Shown: positions 14,101 to 27,158 of the stretch, in pieces
Layout of the letters: every line of letters starts with the position of its first letter
How positions within the stretch are numbered: the stretch's first letter is position 1
Assembly (NCBI GenBank): GCA_001643675.2
Contig: LSRY02000050.1
Location: 124,001 to 188,000 of the forward strand
DNA: 64,000 nt
Direction: 5' to 3'
From: Monocercomonoides exilis PA203
Taxonomy: Eukaryota; Protista; Preaxostyla
Program-made: the position numbers and the translations under genes
The notes under the pieces: model-generated
Seen by the model: the letters and a program-made list of their open reading frames with translations, nothing else
The model's database searches: none
Told to the model about the DNA's origin: nothing

Positions 14101-15682
14101 ATGTTCGATCTGCTCTTCATTGAATAAAACATATGAAACGCCTTATCATCCAAAACATGCACATTTGTCAGCTGCTTCTTCTCCTTCTTCTTCATCGGTA
14201 TCTGCTCCTCCTGTGTTAATACGAGAGCTTCAACCAGAATTAAAAACACTTGCCATTCCTAATGATGTGTATTCTTTCAACATCACAGACGCTATCTTCT
14301 GAGAAGCAAGTCTATTTTGGCACCCATAATCAGACGAGGAGAATGAAACAAATGATTTCGCACCTTCAGGCATGAAGTTAATCTTTTCCGTTGGTGTGAA
14401 GGGCAAATCACGCTGATATGAAGATTTCAAGCATTTACTCGAATCAGGCATTGAGTTGACCATCGGCGCTTTAATCTTTTCAACGATTGAGTTTGTGTGA
14501 TACACCTGTATCATTTTGGATTCGGTATTTGCATAGAAGAGCTCGAACAATGAAGCGGAGAAGGATAAAAGGTGATTGACAAAGTTTCTGATAGAAAATA
14601 AAAATCAAAACCAAAAGAGCTCCCTCACCTATTAAGGAGAGCAGGACTCAACAGCGCATTTATCGCTGACAACTCCTTCTGCAAAGCTGTTTGATGAATC
14701 GTGAAATATTCACTTTTGAATAAAGAGTCAGAAGGCATTCTTTACTGACACAATAATTATTGATAGCCAAAAAGGAATGTGGCAAATATCTCATTAATTG
14801 CTCCATTACTACTGACAACTTTTTGGACAGCTTGCTGAAGTGAGGCAGGATCATCGCTGTGCTCAATATGTTTGTTTTTGAATAAGATAGAGAAAGGTTC
14901 TTGTCCGAACGAAGGAATTTTTTCTGGATGCCCTCACATGAAGCTTCATTGGTGAATCTGCTGCCACTCGAAAGATCACTCAGCGAAGAACTGCTTTTTG
15001 AATTCTGAAGAAAGTTCACCTTCTTCTCGTTAGAGTGTTCGTTCGTCGTTTTCGTCTGCCGCTGTCTTGTTGAATCAGACTCTCCTTTTTGTGTTTAATT
15101 TGTTCAATCATCCTCTATCTCTCCTGACTGTCTGTGCGGCAAATTATAACTTGATGCTGCTTGAAGCAGATGAGCTACTATGCAACAAAACTTTTTTGCA
15201 CTATTCGCTTTTGCAGTTCAGTGCTATCTTTATTTTAACTTTTTAAATTCATTTCGGACGTTCTCTTTTATCCACATCTTTTGTTGATGGCTTGTGTGAA
15301 TTATTGAATCAATCTCTTCAATATATCACTTTCACATCCTCTCGTACCGCAAATGTCAATCCAGTTGTTTTTATTATGATATTTCCTTTTTGTTGATGTT
15401 TCAGAAATAATTAATTCTTGAAAGATAAAAACTTAATTTCTCATTTTCACAAGGATGTATTTTTCAAAATTGCAAAAAATCAGAATGAAGCTCAGATGCA
15501 ATTGAAAAGTTAAAGTTGAATGAAAGGTCACTGCGTATCGCCATATTTTTTAATTTACCAAAAATAAAAAAATAAAAATAAAAATAAAAATAAAAATAAA
15601 AATAAAAATAAAAATAAAAATAAAAATAAAAATAAAAATAAAAATAAAAATAAAAATAAAAATAAATAAATTAATAAATTAA

Positions 15683-15781
<99 letters not shown>

Positions 15782-15853
15782 AAAACTCCTCGACATTGAC
15801 CTTGTTTTTCGACCGACATGCACCGCTTTATTTTTCCTTGTCGCAAAAGCCTA
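11125..15853. mobile_element. Non-autonomous hAT-type element 1 with internal gene-like cargo (4.7 kb)
   Basis: Left end TAGGCCTTTGCGACA (11125) and right end TGTCGCAAAAGCCTA (15853). 8-bp direct duplication AAAACAAA at 11117-11124 and 15854-15861. Subterminal CGAC/GTCG motif clusters. Confidence 0.9.
15560..15785. repeat. Compound (AAAAAT)n/(AAAT)n microsatellite
   Basis: Directly visible, immediately inside the right subterminal segment of hAT element 1. Confidence 0.95.
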
Positions 15854-16899
15854 AAAACAAATATATATTGCAGAAATAAAAGCCAAACACTAATGAATAA
15901 CCAATTTAATTCTTTGATCAATAAATACCACAATAGATATTGTTGTTTGATTTTTGATCTTTTTAATGATTTCAAAAAAAAAACCACCCATCTGCTGTTG
16001 TATTTCACGATTAATAATGCAACATGCCATGTTAAAAAGATTAAAATACATTGCATATTTCATTTGTTAGATATATTAAATTGAAACAAAAATGAAATGA
16101 ACTAATAAGTAATAATAAAAAATTGATTGATACAACTATTGCAACTAGGCCTCTGCGACAGACCGACATTTTTTCATCAGCTCGACAAGTCGACCGGCAA
16201 GACATGAATCATAATTTTTCTTTTTTGATTAACGAAAAAACATTCAAATTAAAAAATGCACTTTTGTTTCCATTGAATTATTTTTTTTATAAATTATAAA
16301 ATATAATTTCACTGGATTCTAACAAATAAATATTTTATTTATTGATTTTTTAGAAATTTCAATGTGTTATCGACAGATTTTTGTCGAGATCAGTCGAACG
16401 ACAAAGATCAGTCGGTCGAAAGATCAGTCTGTTGAAAAGATCAATCTGTCGAACAGATTCACTTTTTTGAAAACATTTCTTCATTTCAGTGAATGGACAT
16501 TTATAACTTTTTTCATCAAAAATATCATATTTAATTTTGATAATTTTGAGAATAAAAAGAAATTGAGTCCTTGTCTGTTTGATTAATTTATTATTTGTCC
16601 AAAACCACATTTTGAAAACACTTCATCTTCTTGCAGATAATCACGTTATTCACGTTATTATTTGAAAATAGTTTTTTATTAAATTCCTTAATAATTACTC
16701 ATTTGAAGTTTTTTTAAAAAAACTCAGATTTGTGGAAATGTCAGGTCAACACACACGAAAAAGATTTGCAAAAGCCATTGCTTTGAATAATAAATACGAT
16801 GAATAAAGATTGAAGTTTGATAGAATTGTTTGCGGCTTATATTATTAGTAAATAAAAAGTGATAATTTGCACAAAATCATTGAACCTTCGTGCGTTAAA

Positions 16900-19334
16900 T
16901 TTATTCATTCATCCAGAAAAAAAATGATGAAATGAAAAAGGAAGAAGAAGAAAAAGAGGGAGAGGAGGAGGAGAAAGATTAAAAGGAAGAATAAAATAAA
17001 AGGAAAAAGGAAAAGAGATAAGGATGATGAAGAACAGAAAGAAACAATCAAAAAACAACAAAAAGAGAAAGGATTTGAAACTTCTCCTCCTCCTCCTTCT
17101 CATTCTCCTCTTTCCTCCATCACATCCATCTCATTTCAGAACATCTCCTTGTTCTGCCCCAATTTATGGTCTTTATCGCAGGCACAGCAACAAATTGTGC
17201 TCCTTCTGATTAAGAACTTCCTCCAAAACGTGCATTTGCTTAATCATCATCAACAATTCCATCAACAATTCCAGCAGCAATCCCAACCTTGTCATGAAGT
17301 TTCCTCTTCAAACAATACTTCTCCTATAATAAACCTTCCATCACATCCTTCTGCAATTTCTTCCATGCAAACGCTTTCTCTATCAATGTCATCAATGTCG
17401 CATTCGCAATATGCACAACAAATTGTGAACCAACCTATTTTCATTCCATTAACGGCTCATTGAAAGACTTTTCCATAAGACAAAGCAAACACACAAATGA
17501 CAGAATTAAATTCTTTTATTTCTGATTCTCAGCTGCATCCACAGTAAAATAACAGACAGCAGCAACAACAACTAATTGCAAATACTTACGCAACACTTCA
17601 AAATAATCAAACTCCTCCTAAGATGACTTCACCTCAAAACAACAGTGTATCTCCATCACCTGATTCATCTGCTTCTTCCTTTTCGCCTTTTCCTTCTTCA
17701 TCTTCCGACACAACTTTTTCAAATGTTGCTGCATCTTTTTCATCACACGGCAAACCCATCTCTTTGCAATCACCTTCAATTTCACCTTCAGCTGAGTCAG
17801 TTAACGTCGATTCGACGCATCTTTGGATGCTGGACACGATTGCCATAGGGCAGAAAGTTGTGCGGAAGCGGCTGTGGGACCTGTGGAAGTGGGCAATCCA
17901 GAATGTGCTGAAAGGCGAGAGGAGGAAGCGAGAGAGCTGGAACTGGCAGCACATCAACCAAAAGCAGAGGTGCGACGGGTTGCAATAGATGATGGAGAGG
18001 GTGCGGTATCCGCGAGCGATGGATTAAGAGACGCTGGGCGAGGACATGAGAGACAGAGTGAAGGAGTCTTTTGCGGAGGTCTGGGGAATCATGATGAACT
18101 AGCACTTTTGAAGGAACAAGAGGAATTTGGAGAGAATGAGGAATAATTTTCCGGAGGGAAATGCAAGAGATGACACGTTGTTTACAAGATTGATTGAAGA
18201 ATACGAAACAAAGAAGAAAAAAAGGCAAAACAGAAGTGAAAGAAGAAGGAGCAGATGACTCGAAAGACGAATAAGATACAAAAAACGACAGACCGTGGAA
18301 GAGTGCAGCAGGGGGAGCGAACGAAGGAGTTCGGATGGGAGAGGAAGGAAGGGAGATCCAGATGCGACAAGAGAAACAGAAGAAAAAGCAGAGGGAAGCA
18401 ACAATTGCAGCAAATCAGAAGCATCAGGAGATTGAAGAGCGATATGTGCAAAGAAGATTGGACCTGAAATGAGAAGAGAAAGAAAAAAATGTTTGAAAAA
18501 ATTTTGAAAGGTGAGCGAAAGAAAATGGCAGATCAAGAAAAGCAGCTGCGGAAGGAGGAGGAGGCTGAACAGAGCCGAATCCAATCGGAACTGAAAGAAT
18601 AAGAAGCGTAAAGGTTTCAAGATGAGAAGAAGTTTGCAGAGATTCGCAAAAATTTTAAGAAAGAGGAAGCAAAAGAGAAGATGAGGTGGCTGTGCATGCT
18701 GAATGAAAAGAAAATAGGGTGTTGTGGATTAAAGCTGCGTTGATGACGACGATAGCAAAGATAGATGTGGGATACAAGTTTGTGTGCATGCAGAACTTTC
18801 ATGTGTTGGGAGATGTGCAGTAGAGAACAGAGGACGATATGCAAAAGGAGAAGAAGCGAGAAGGAAGAAAAAGAGAGAAAGTGGGAGAGAAAGAGAAAAA
18901 GAACTGGTATGAAATGAGGAGAAAAATTAAGAAAGCTCAGAAAGTTCGAAAAGGCTTCTTCAAATAGCGAATTTTCTGAAACTCCAGCTTTGCTTCAGTC
19001 TCTTTTTGATTTTCAGTCAACTCTTCATCAGCTAACAGCTCCTTCCACAACACACGATGTTCCAATTCAAGATTCCATTACTGACTGCACACGACAAACA
19101 GTAAAATCACAAAATAACCAGCCAATGAGATCAATTTCCACATATCCAGCATCTGCACCTCATTTCTCAACATCAAATACAACTTCGTATCCTTCTCCTC
19201 AATGTCCTGTGTTCATATTACCATCTTCTCAGGCTTCGCTTTTATCAAATTCTGCTATTTCAACACAAAACAAGAGCCTTTCTCACTCACTCCATCTTCT
19301 TCTTGTTCCTTATGTTAAAGAAATGCTTTTTTAA
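16900..19334 (+). pseudogene. Decayed low-complexity (Ser/Pro/Gln- and Glu/Lys-rich) gene carried inside hAT element 2
   Basis: Successive plus-strand ORF fragments (17149-17463, 17623-17988, 18255-18467, 18990-19334) with protein-like content, interrupted by stops. Confidence 0.45.
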
Positions 19335-19863
19335 TCAATTTTTGCTTTTGCTCATCAACTTTCATTTGTATTTGTAATGAGCTTTTTCAATTATATGAAA
19401 AGAAACTGGATGCAGTCCATTGACAGTGATATATTAAGATCACGAAAATATTAACAAATAATGGAACAGGCATATGAAAACAAATTCAAACAGAATAGCT
19501 TCAAAATTTGCAATTTCATATTATTTCGATTGTCTGAACTTGAACTGAATATTTTCTTGGATTTATGAAATAAATTTATGTTTCAATTTTTTTGTTTGTT
19601 TTAAGTTTGATTGAAACATTTTCGTGTTTTCATTTCATCTTCTGAAGTTAAAAAAATTAGTTTTGTTTTCAATAATTCTTGTTTTGGCTTTCTTCTTTCA
19701 TAATTGAAGTTAAAAAAAAAGAATTTTCTAAACTAGTTAAATACAATTATTCCTTCATGTGAAAATAAATTTTTATCTAATTTTCAGTTTAGAAAAAATT
19801 CAGAAACAAGCAGAAAATATCAGAAATTATAAATTCTTTATGAATTATATTTATTTTTTTTCG

Positions 19864-19922
<59 letters not shown>
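19864..19922 (+). repeat. Poly(A) tract, about 59 nt
   Basis: Directly visible, immediately before the right subterminal segment of element 2. Confidence 0.95.
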
Positions 19923-19923
<1 letters not shown>

Positions 19924-20519
19924 ACTTCTCGATATTGATTTTGTCTTTCGACCGACATGCCTCGCTTTATTTTTCCTTGTCGCAAAGGCCTAATTGCAAC
20001 AATACTTCACAATGTTATAACCAAATAAAGACTTCCTTAAAGTATTTTCCTTTTCATGCACATCAAAAAAATCATCATATAAATGTCGTATCATTCAAAA
20101 TTTTCAGTTTTTCATGATTTTTGTCAAAAACGATGAAATGCGAAACACTCATGAAAAAATAGGATAAAACATAAAACAATCGGAATAATAAAACTTCATT
20201 GTGTGTGTTTTATGGCCTTGTGTTTAAAAATAAACAAAAAAAGAAAGATAGTCCAAAATGGACAAAACAAATGCTCAAAAATTAATTAAAAAATCCCAAG
20301 ATCTTCATCAAAAATAAAAATTGACAAAAAATTTTTTTTGGATGAACGTTAAATACATATTCAAACATGGTTCAATATGCTTTTTCAATTTTCAGTTTTT
20401 ATTTATTGAGAAACGCCAATTAAAAAAAATGTCCGGATAAAAAATCACCCAATCTCATTCAGGTTCAATGCCGGATCGATGAACGATGATGAAACAAATG
20501 CAAATATAAACATATTTAT

Positions 20520-21073
20520 ATGCCACGTTATTAAAATGCTCATTCTACAAATTCAGGAATGCAACTCAAAGCCAAAAAGATAATTTCAACTTCTTTTTGT
20601 GTTTCTTCACTTTCCTCTTTTTGTAATGAAACTTTCTGCAAACAAGGAACAATAAAAAGCATCAGTTCCTTCGAAACATCGAAATTAAAATCACTTAATT
20701 ATAGATAGCATTTGCAAAGATCAGTAAGCTGCTTTTCATTGTTCACTTCCTTTTTTTGTGCTTCATCAGTTAGCAGATATTCAATTTTTCCACATAATGA
20801 ACAATCATCAAAGTTGTTATTCCATATTCCTTTCAATACTTTGCAACGTCCCATACATATCAATAGCAATGAAACATTTTTCAAAGAAATTTCATCTTTT
20901 TCAAACATATTTCCAATCTTTTCGTAAACAGTTTTCGCAAAGAAAGAATATAATTCTTCCTCATTCATTTTGTCAATCAAACAACAAATTTTATCGCTAA
21001 TCTGGCTCGGCTCTCCAAAAGAAAATTTATCAAACAGGTGGATTAATTCTTTTTGAAACAATAAAGAACGCAA
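20520..21073 (-). pseudogene. Decayed copy of the dispersed helical protein family (N-terminal part)
   Basis: LIDKMNEEEL...KIGNMFEKDEISLKNVSLLL...NEKQLTDLCKCY aligns by eye with paralogs at 25736, 32531 and 39621. It stops prematurely. Confidence 0.7.
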
Positions 21074-21722
21074 AATATCAAGAAAAAATCAGATAAACTC
21101 GAAAATTTCTCTGAAAGAGGAATCTCTCGCAATTCAGCTGTTGATTTTCCCTTTACAGCTTTCATATTATCTATTTTTTGTGTTTAAATAACAATAATTG
21201 TGCTTTAAACATATGAATATACATAATAATCAACCAAAACAAACATCTCTCTCCATCTATGAAAGTTAAAATGGAAAAAATTCATAATCCAATTTATATT
21301 TTTCCAATAAATAAAACATTAAATTAATTCCCTTTCATTCATTCAATATCCCTTTCAAACTTCAGATTCAAATATCTTTTCTTTTGATCATCTAACCATA
21401 TAATTTTTAAAAAATTGTAGTATTTTAATTTTATCATTGAGATATTTCAAGTTCAAATTGATGAAATATTGTTTTTCTTCAATTATGATTTGAAATAAAA
21501 AAAACAAGAAAATTTGTTTATGTCGAGTATTTTGGAAATTCAATTCAAAGTGTTTTCAGAATGAGATATTTTCAAATCACAAAGTTCTATAAACAGCAAA
21601 TAATTTAAATTTCTTAAATTTTTAATTTAAATTTTCATTTTCGAAAAAATTATATTTCAAAAATTGAAATAAATATATGGTTATGATCATAAAGGATAAT
21701 TTTAATTTCGGAATATTGCGAT

Positions 21723-24695
21723 ATGTTTTTGTTTGTGAGCATTTTTTGCTGTGTCTACGACGTCAATTGCATTAAAAAGAAAGGAGATGAAGACATGCAA
21801 ACAAAAAGAGAAAAGGGGGATGCGTTTTTCTCAAGAAATGTTAATTATTCTTCTGAAGGAATTGATTGTCCGAGTCTTAATTCTACCGCACGCTTACACG
21901 AACGTAAAGAAATAATAGAAGACGATGAAGGAAACATGGACCAAATGCACGAAAGATGCCTCGAACACCTGAGCAGAAAAGCCTCTTTTTTGAATTTGGA
22001 CGATATCAGCTTGCGAAAAGAGAACGAGAAAAGAATTACCGAATGCCATTCTGAAATTACATATAAAGAAATGGAACTCAATGAAGAGAATGAAGTTGAA
22101 GTTGATGGAGAAAACGGGGTTGACAGTGAAGAATGTGGACTATCAGGGAATACACCATGCAAAACTATTAAAAAGGCAGTGGAGCATTGTGAGCCTGAAG
22201 GAAAATTATTGATCCACACGGCAGAAACCAGCAATAAATTCGATACTGAGCCAATAATAATTGATGGGAGACACATCGAACTGAAGAACAGAGACCAAAA
22301 TGTCATTGGTATTACAACAGCTTTAGACGAAAAGAAAGTCAAAAATGGTGATGCCTTGTTTTGCGTTAAAGGCATAGGATATTTATACATTTGCTATGCC
22401 GATATTTGCGTGAATACAAAACGAGAAAGTGGAAGAAATCAAGGATTACTTGTTGTGGAAGGAGAAGGTTCACAAACAAAATTGGAAAAAACGAATATCA
22501 GCAATATAGAGACTGGGAATGAGCTGAGCTGCGTGCTTATTGAATGCAAATCTGGAGAATTGATGTTTCAGAGCATAGAGATTTCACATTTTGTATCTTC
22601 CTGTGCACTGATACTTGCTGAAGCCTCTCAAAAAATTGAAATTTTCGCCATGACATTGGACTCGATCACCACGAAAAGCAAAACGCAATCGGTCTTGACT
22701 ATGATGGGAGGATGCCAATCTGCAAAGTTTGATGATTGCACTTTTACAAATTGCTGGTCAACAGAGCACAAGTTGGGAGGTGCAATATATTTGGAAATAA
22801 CGAATAGCGAGCATCCTTGCTTGTTTTTTCGAATGCATTTCACGAATTGTTCGTGCGAAAGCGCAAACGCGAATGCAGATAGGCTGAGTGCTCATCTGAA
22901 TGACGAGTCAAAAGGAGGAGCGATGTTTATTCAATCCACGGACGAAGTCACAAAAACGCTGAAACTTGAATTGAAAGATATGGAGTTCATGAAATGTGCA
23001 GCAGAGAAAGGGGAATATATTTACTTGTCTTTCCCAGCAGGAAGAAAGCAGATCGATGAAGATCAATTTTATTTAGAGATGGAAGGGATTTACGGGAAGA
23101 AGAATTACATATTGCTCGAAGATAGGAAAGATGGAAGAATTATTGACCTAATAGCAGACAAAGAGAACATATTGCCATACCATTCAGAGAACATCTTTGT
23201 TGGAAGCGAAGAAGCAAGCAACGAGAAAACATGCGGGCGAAAAGAAGAACCTTGCTCTCAATTAAGTGATGTTGCCAAACACAAATCTTGGAAAAATCGC
23301 ATGTCATTGTATATCATCGAGAAAATCTTTGTCAATGAGCCGTTTTCTGGATGCCAAGTTACAAAGTTTTCTTCTGTTAATGATTCCATATCAATGCCTT
23401 CATCGAAAGGTGAACAGAGCAGAGGAACCGTTCGAATTGGAGCAAATATAAAAACCGACTTTGCACTTGCAGTGTTCGGAGACGAAATCAGCATGTTTTC
23501 ATTTTTTCATTTGGATTTTGAATATCCAGACGCGATCGAAGGAGATGCGCTAACTTTGATATACGGGGAATGTGTTTTCCAGATTACAGATGTTGTATTT
23601 CGGCCTTGGTTCACTGGCTTGAAAGGTGAAAACGTGCTTGGAGATGAAGGAAAATTACTTCTATATAAGCTGATTGAATTTGGGCGAGTTACTACAGAAT
23701 TTTCACAACTTGTTATTTACGGAAGAAACAAAAATATCACCCAAAAAAGTCAGCGTGGGAGCGATGAGGCAGCTTGCAGCCTCAGAGCTTTTCGGAATGC
23801 AACAAACGAGGAACATTTGAATCAGGGGAATGAAGAGAACAATCTGTTGTGTTCGTGGGATTCAGGACTTTAATTTCTGAATGAATCGTCTTTAGCATAT
23901 GTTAATGACAGCTCATTTATTGACATTGGCGATGGAGCAATACTTTCTCATTCAACTACGTTGCATTTGTACAACTGCAGCTTCATAAACAACCATCCAA
24001 TCGATGCTAGCTGGGAGAAATTTCCATCTTTGCGGCACAATGTAAGAAGCAATGGAGATTGGATTCGAGTGGAATCGTTGTCTCCAGGAAGTGATGGGCT
24101 TGATGGGAAGCCATTTGGAATGCTGTCTAATGAAGAAGCATCTGGAACAGCTGCTGAGAACATGGATTCATATTTCTTTTCACCCATTTTGAAGAATGTG
24201 ACGCTGAAAAGAGATGACACCAGCAAAAAGAATGAACTGCAAAGAGAAAATGAAATTGAGAAAGAAATCGAAGCAGTTGCGCACGGGTCATATTTGTTTC
24301 CGTGTGGACTTACGTTTGAAGTGTCCAAAAAAAGGAAAGGAGAAGAAATGAAATGGACAAATTGCCCAGTTTCTGAATACACAAATGAGACAGAAATGAA
24401 AGTGAGGATTCCTCCGTCTTTGTTTGAAGTTGATGATTACACATCAGTTGTTTGTCGCTTGACTTATTCGAGTGGAATTATAAATGGAGAGAATAAGCAT
24501 TCTGCAAATGTAATTTTGGTGAAACAGAAGAAAGACGATCCAAAGGCAATGCCCACCACGCATCTTGTTGTAATCATTGTTTCCACAAGCGTTTTTTCTG
24601 TTGTTGTGGTGGTGATTGTGATTGTGAGTATCGTGTGCGTGAAAAGAAGCAAAAAGCGAAGGCAGTACAGCGCTTTCAAATATGTAAAACAATGA
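21723..24695 (+). CDS. Large putative surface/membrane protein (signal-like N-terminus, beta-helix-like FxNC...GGAI repeats, C-terminal TM helix) with one in-frame TAA at 23871-23873
   Basis: ORFs 21723-23873 and 23961-24695 are in the same frame and the sequence between them is open. Features include two CG...PC motifs, GGAIY/GGAMF repeats, and a hydrophobic segment LVVIIVSTSVFSVVVVVIVIVSIVCV followed by basic KRSKKRR. Confidence 0.75.
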
Positions 24696-25735
24696 GCCAG
24701 AACGTGACAATTCTTAAAAAATCATTTGTGATAATCACTTCTTCTATCTTGTTTTTGCCTTGTTTTAATTTCATGAAATCTTGTTAAAGTGCGAGTTTCA
24801 TTCTGTATTTTTAATTTCTTCAAGATTAAAAATAGTTTCTTGAATTTTTTTCTTCTTTTTTTATTTGATAGAAATTAATTTTTAGCAAATGTTTTTGTAT
24901 CTATTCAGATATTTCTTTTCTTCATAGTGCTTTTGATCTTGTTTTTTGATGCATTTCTTCCTTTTTATGAAAAATGCAAGGAATGCTGTCGTTATTTATT
25001 GTATTTATCAATTTGCGATTAAAAAACCTATTTCAGCATTTTTGTTTTTTGTTCCAATTATGAATGGTTGAGTTCATTTTATCAATTTTTAATAGTTTTC
25101 TTGAGTTTTATTTTTTGTGTATTTTATCATAATTATATTTAACAATATTTCACCTTTGCGAATTTAGATAAAACGCTTTGAGAAACACAGATAATCGAAG
25201 TGATGAGTAATTTTTAAGGTGTTTCTTATTTATCTGAAAAAATGCTAAAAAAAGAAAGAAAGAAATCAGTGAATAAAAAAGAAAACAAACATTTTTTGAT
25301 TTTGCACTTTGTAAATGATGGAGGGGGGCAATTGTTAATTTTCCTCTCTCATTCATTTATGAGATGCTGTGAAAATTCAAAAAATAAATGAATTCTTTCA
25401 TTTTCAATATTCTTCTCATTTCTTTTTTCTTTAAGAAATAAACATTTTTTCTGGAGAAAAAAAATGCAAGAGAGAAACAAAATTGCTTCAAGGAAAATTT
25501 TCATTTGTTTGTTATTCTCTTTGAAAAACATAAATTCATTTTTCATTCAGACACTTCTTCACCCCAAGAAACAGCAAAAAAAATAGGATATTCAAAAATT
25601 CAGTCTGTTCATCTAATGAAGCGAAACAAAAATAAAATATAAAAATATATACTCAAATGATTATTTTCAATTTCAAGAAATGATAAAAAGTAAAATAAAT
25701 ATTTTGAGCCATAAAATTCGAGGAATTTCATTTTT

Positions 25736-27158
25736 TCAAACATTCACAAGATAATCAGAAAATTTCAACGAAAGTCCATGATAATATCGTCTGTTGAAAA
25801 TCTTTAAAGTTTCATGAAAACTTGTGAGGACATCTTCGTACCCTTCTTCTTCCATCTTTTCAAAAACCTTCCTGTTCAACGCTTTTCTTTCCTCTTCTTC
25901 CCTTTCATCTTTATTCTTTTCTTTCAATTTCCTTGAAACATTCACAAGGAATTGGAAGCAATCATTAACAATTGCTTCATTCAATGTTTGTCTCTGTATC
26001 TCCTCCAAAATAGCATCAATAGCCCCACCTTTCAACAAATCTTCAACTTTCACATCTCTATTTTCTGCTGCATATCTCAAGGAGGAAATGCAGAGATTGC
26101 CAATTTCTCTGTGATTATCCCCAGCTGCATGAATTATCTGAACAATTCTGCTTAAAAGCTCAACATATTCTTCATTCCACAATCGACAACTGAGAAAATA
26201 ATATGTACATGTTTCGACCCACCTGATCAATGTAATCTCTTCTTTCGTTGCTTTTCTTCTTTTTTCATTTTCTTCTTTATTCTTCCAATCAATACATCTT
26301 GTGAGCTCTTCCAGTTCTCTTGCTGCTTCTCCGACAAAATGCAGCTCAGCCGTAATTGTATCTTCCAAGCTGTAATCATGGAAGAATCTGTTTATAAAAA
26401 ATAGCCAAGCACACTGATAGGCAAGTTTTGTGAGATTTCTTTGTTCCTGCTGATGTTTGATGATTTCTGTAATTTCCTTCAAATACAGTTCTTGTTTCAC
26501 TTCCTAATCAGAAATAAGAGGGGGAAAAAGCAAACATGATAAAAATGAAAAAGAAATGTTCAAACAATATATTCGTTAATGTTGCTCAGCGTTAGCAAAG
26601 CCATTTCCACTTCCTTTTGTGCCTCCTCGTTTTCCTCTTTTACCGATGCAGCTTTCAGAAGGCAAGGCACATATATTAATGTCAATTCCGAATTGAACTG
26701 GTTACCAAGCAAAAGATAGCATCCGCACAGATCAACAAGCAGCTTTTCGTTCTTTTCTTTTTTCTTCTCTTCTTCAAAAATCATCTTTTCAAATCTTTTG
26801 TTCAGCGAAGACGAATCAAAGCATGGATTCCACACGTTTTTCAGGGTCTTCAAATATCCAGCATGCTTCAGCAGCAAAATTACATTTTCCATTGTCATTT
26901 TCTTTTCTTCAATCATTTTGTATATTTTGTTGAATGTTTCTTCGTTGAAAATTGATTCGAGTTCATCAAAATCCATTCCCTCAACTATTTCATTCATTTC
27001 TCCAATTTTCTTTCTCTGCTCATCTTCATTGCTATGCTCCAGTTCACAAAACAATTCTGCAAATAAATAAAGGATAAATTAAATCGCAATAATCATGAAT
27101 TTTAATGCAATAATGAGCACAAACCATTGAACCTTTCAGTTCCACTCGTTGACTGCAT
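25736..27158 (-). CDS. Uncharacterised helical (possibly ARM-like) multigene-family protein, 3 exons
   Basis: Exons 27158-27125, 27056-26566 and 26503-25736. GT-AG introns 27057-27124 and 26504-26565 keep the frame (MQSTSGTERFNELFCE...). Strongly similar to the copies at 32531 and 39621. Confidence 0.8.

Larger units (their letters stand above)
16146..19992. mobile_element. Non-autonomous hAT-type element 2 with different cargo (3.85 kb)
   Basis: Left end TAGGCCTCTGCGACA (16146) and right end TGTCGCAAAGGCCTA (19992). 8-bp duplication ATTGCAAC at 16138-16145 and 19993-20000. Motif blocks in the left ~310 bp and the whole right ~70 bp resemble element 1. Confidence 0.92.

Noticed and set aside
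15679-16056. 125-aa ORF with FIYL repeats
   Set aside because: It is a translation of the (AAAT)n microsatellite and crosses the element boundary.
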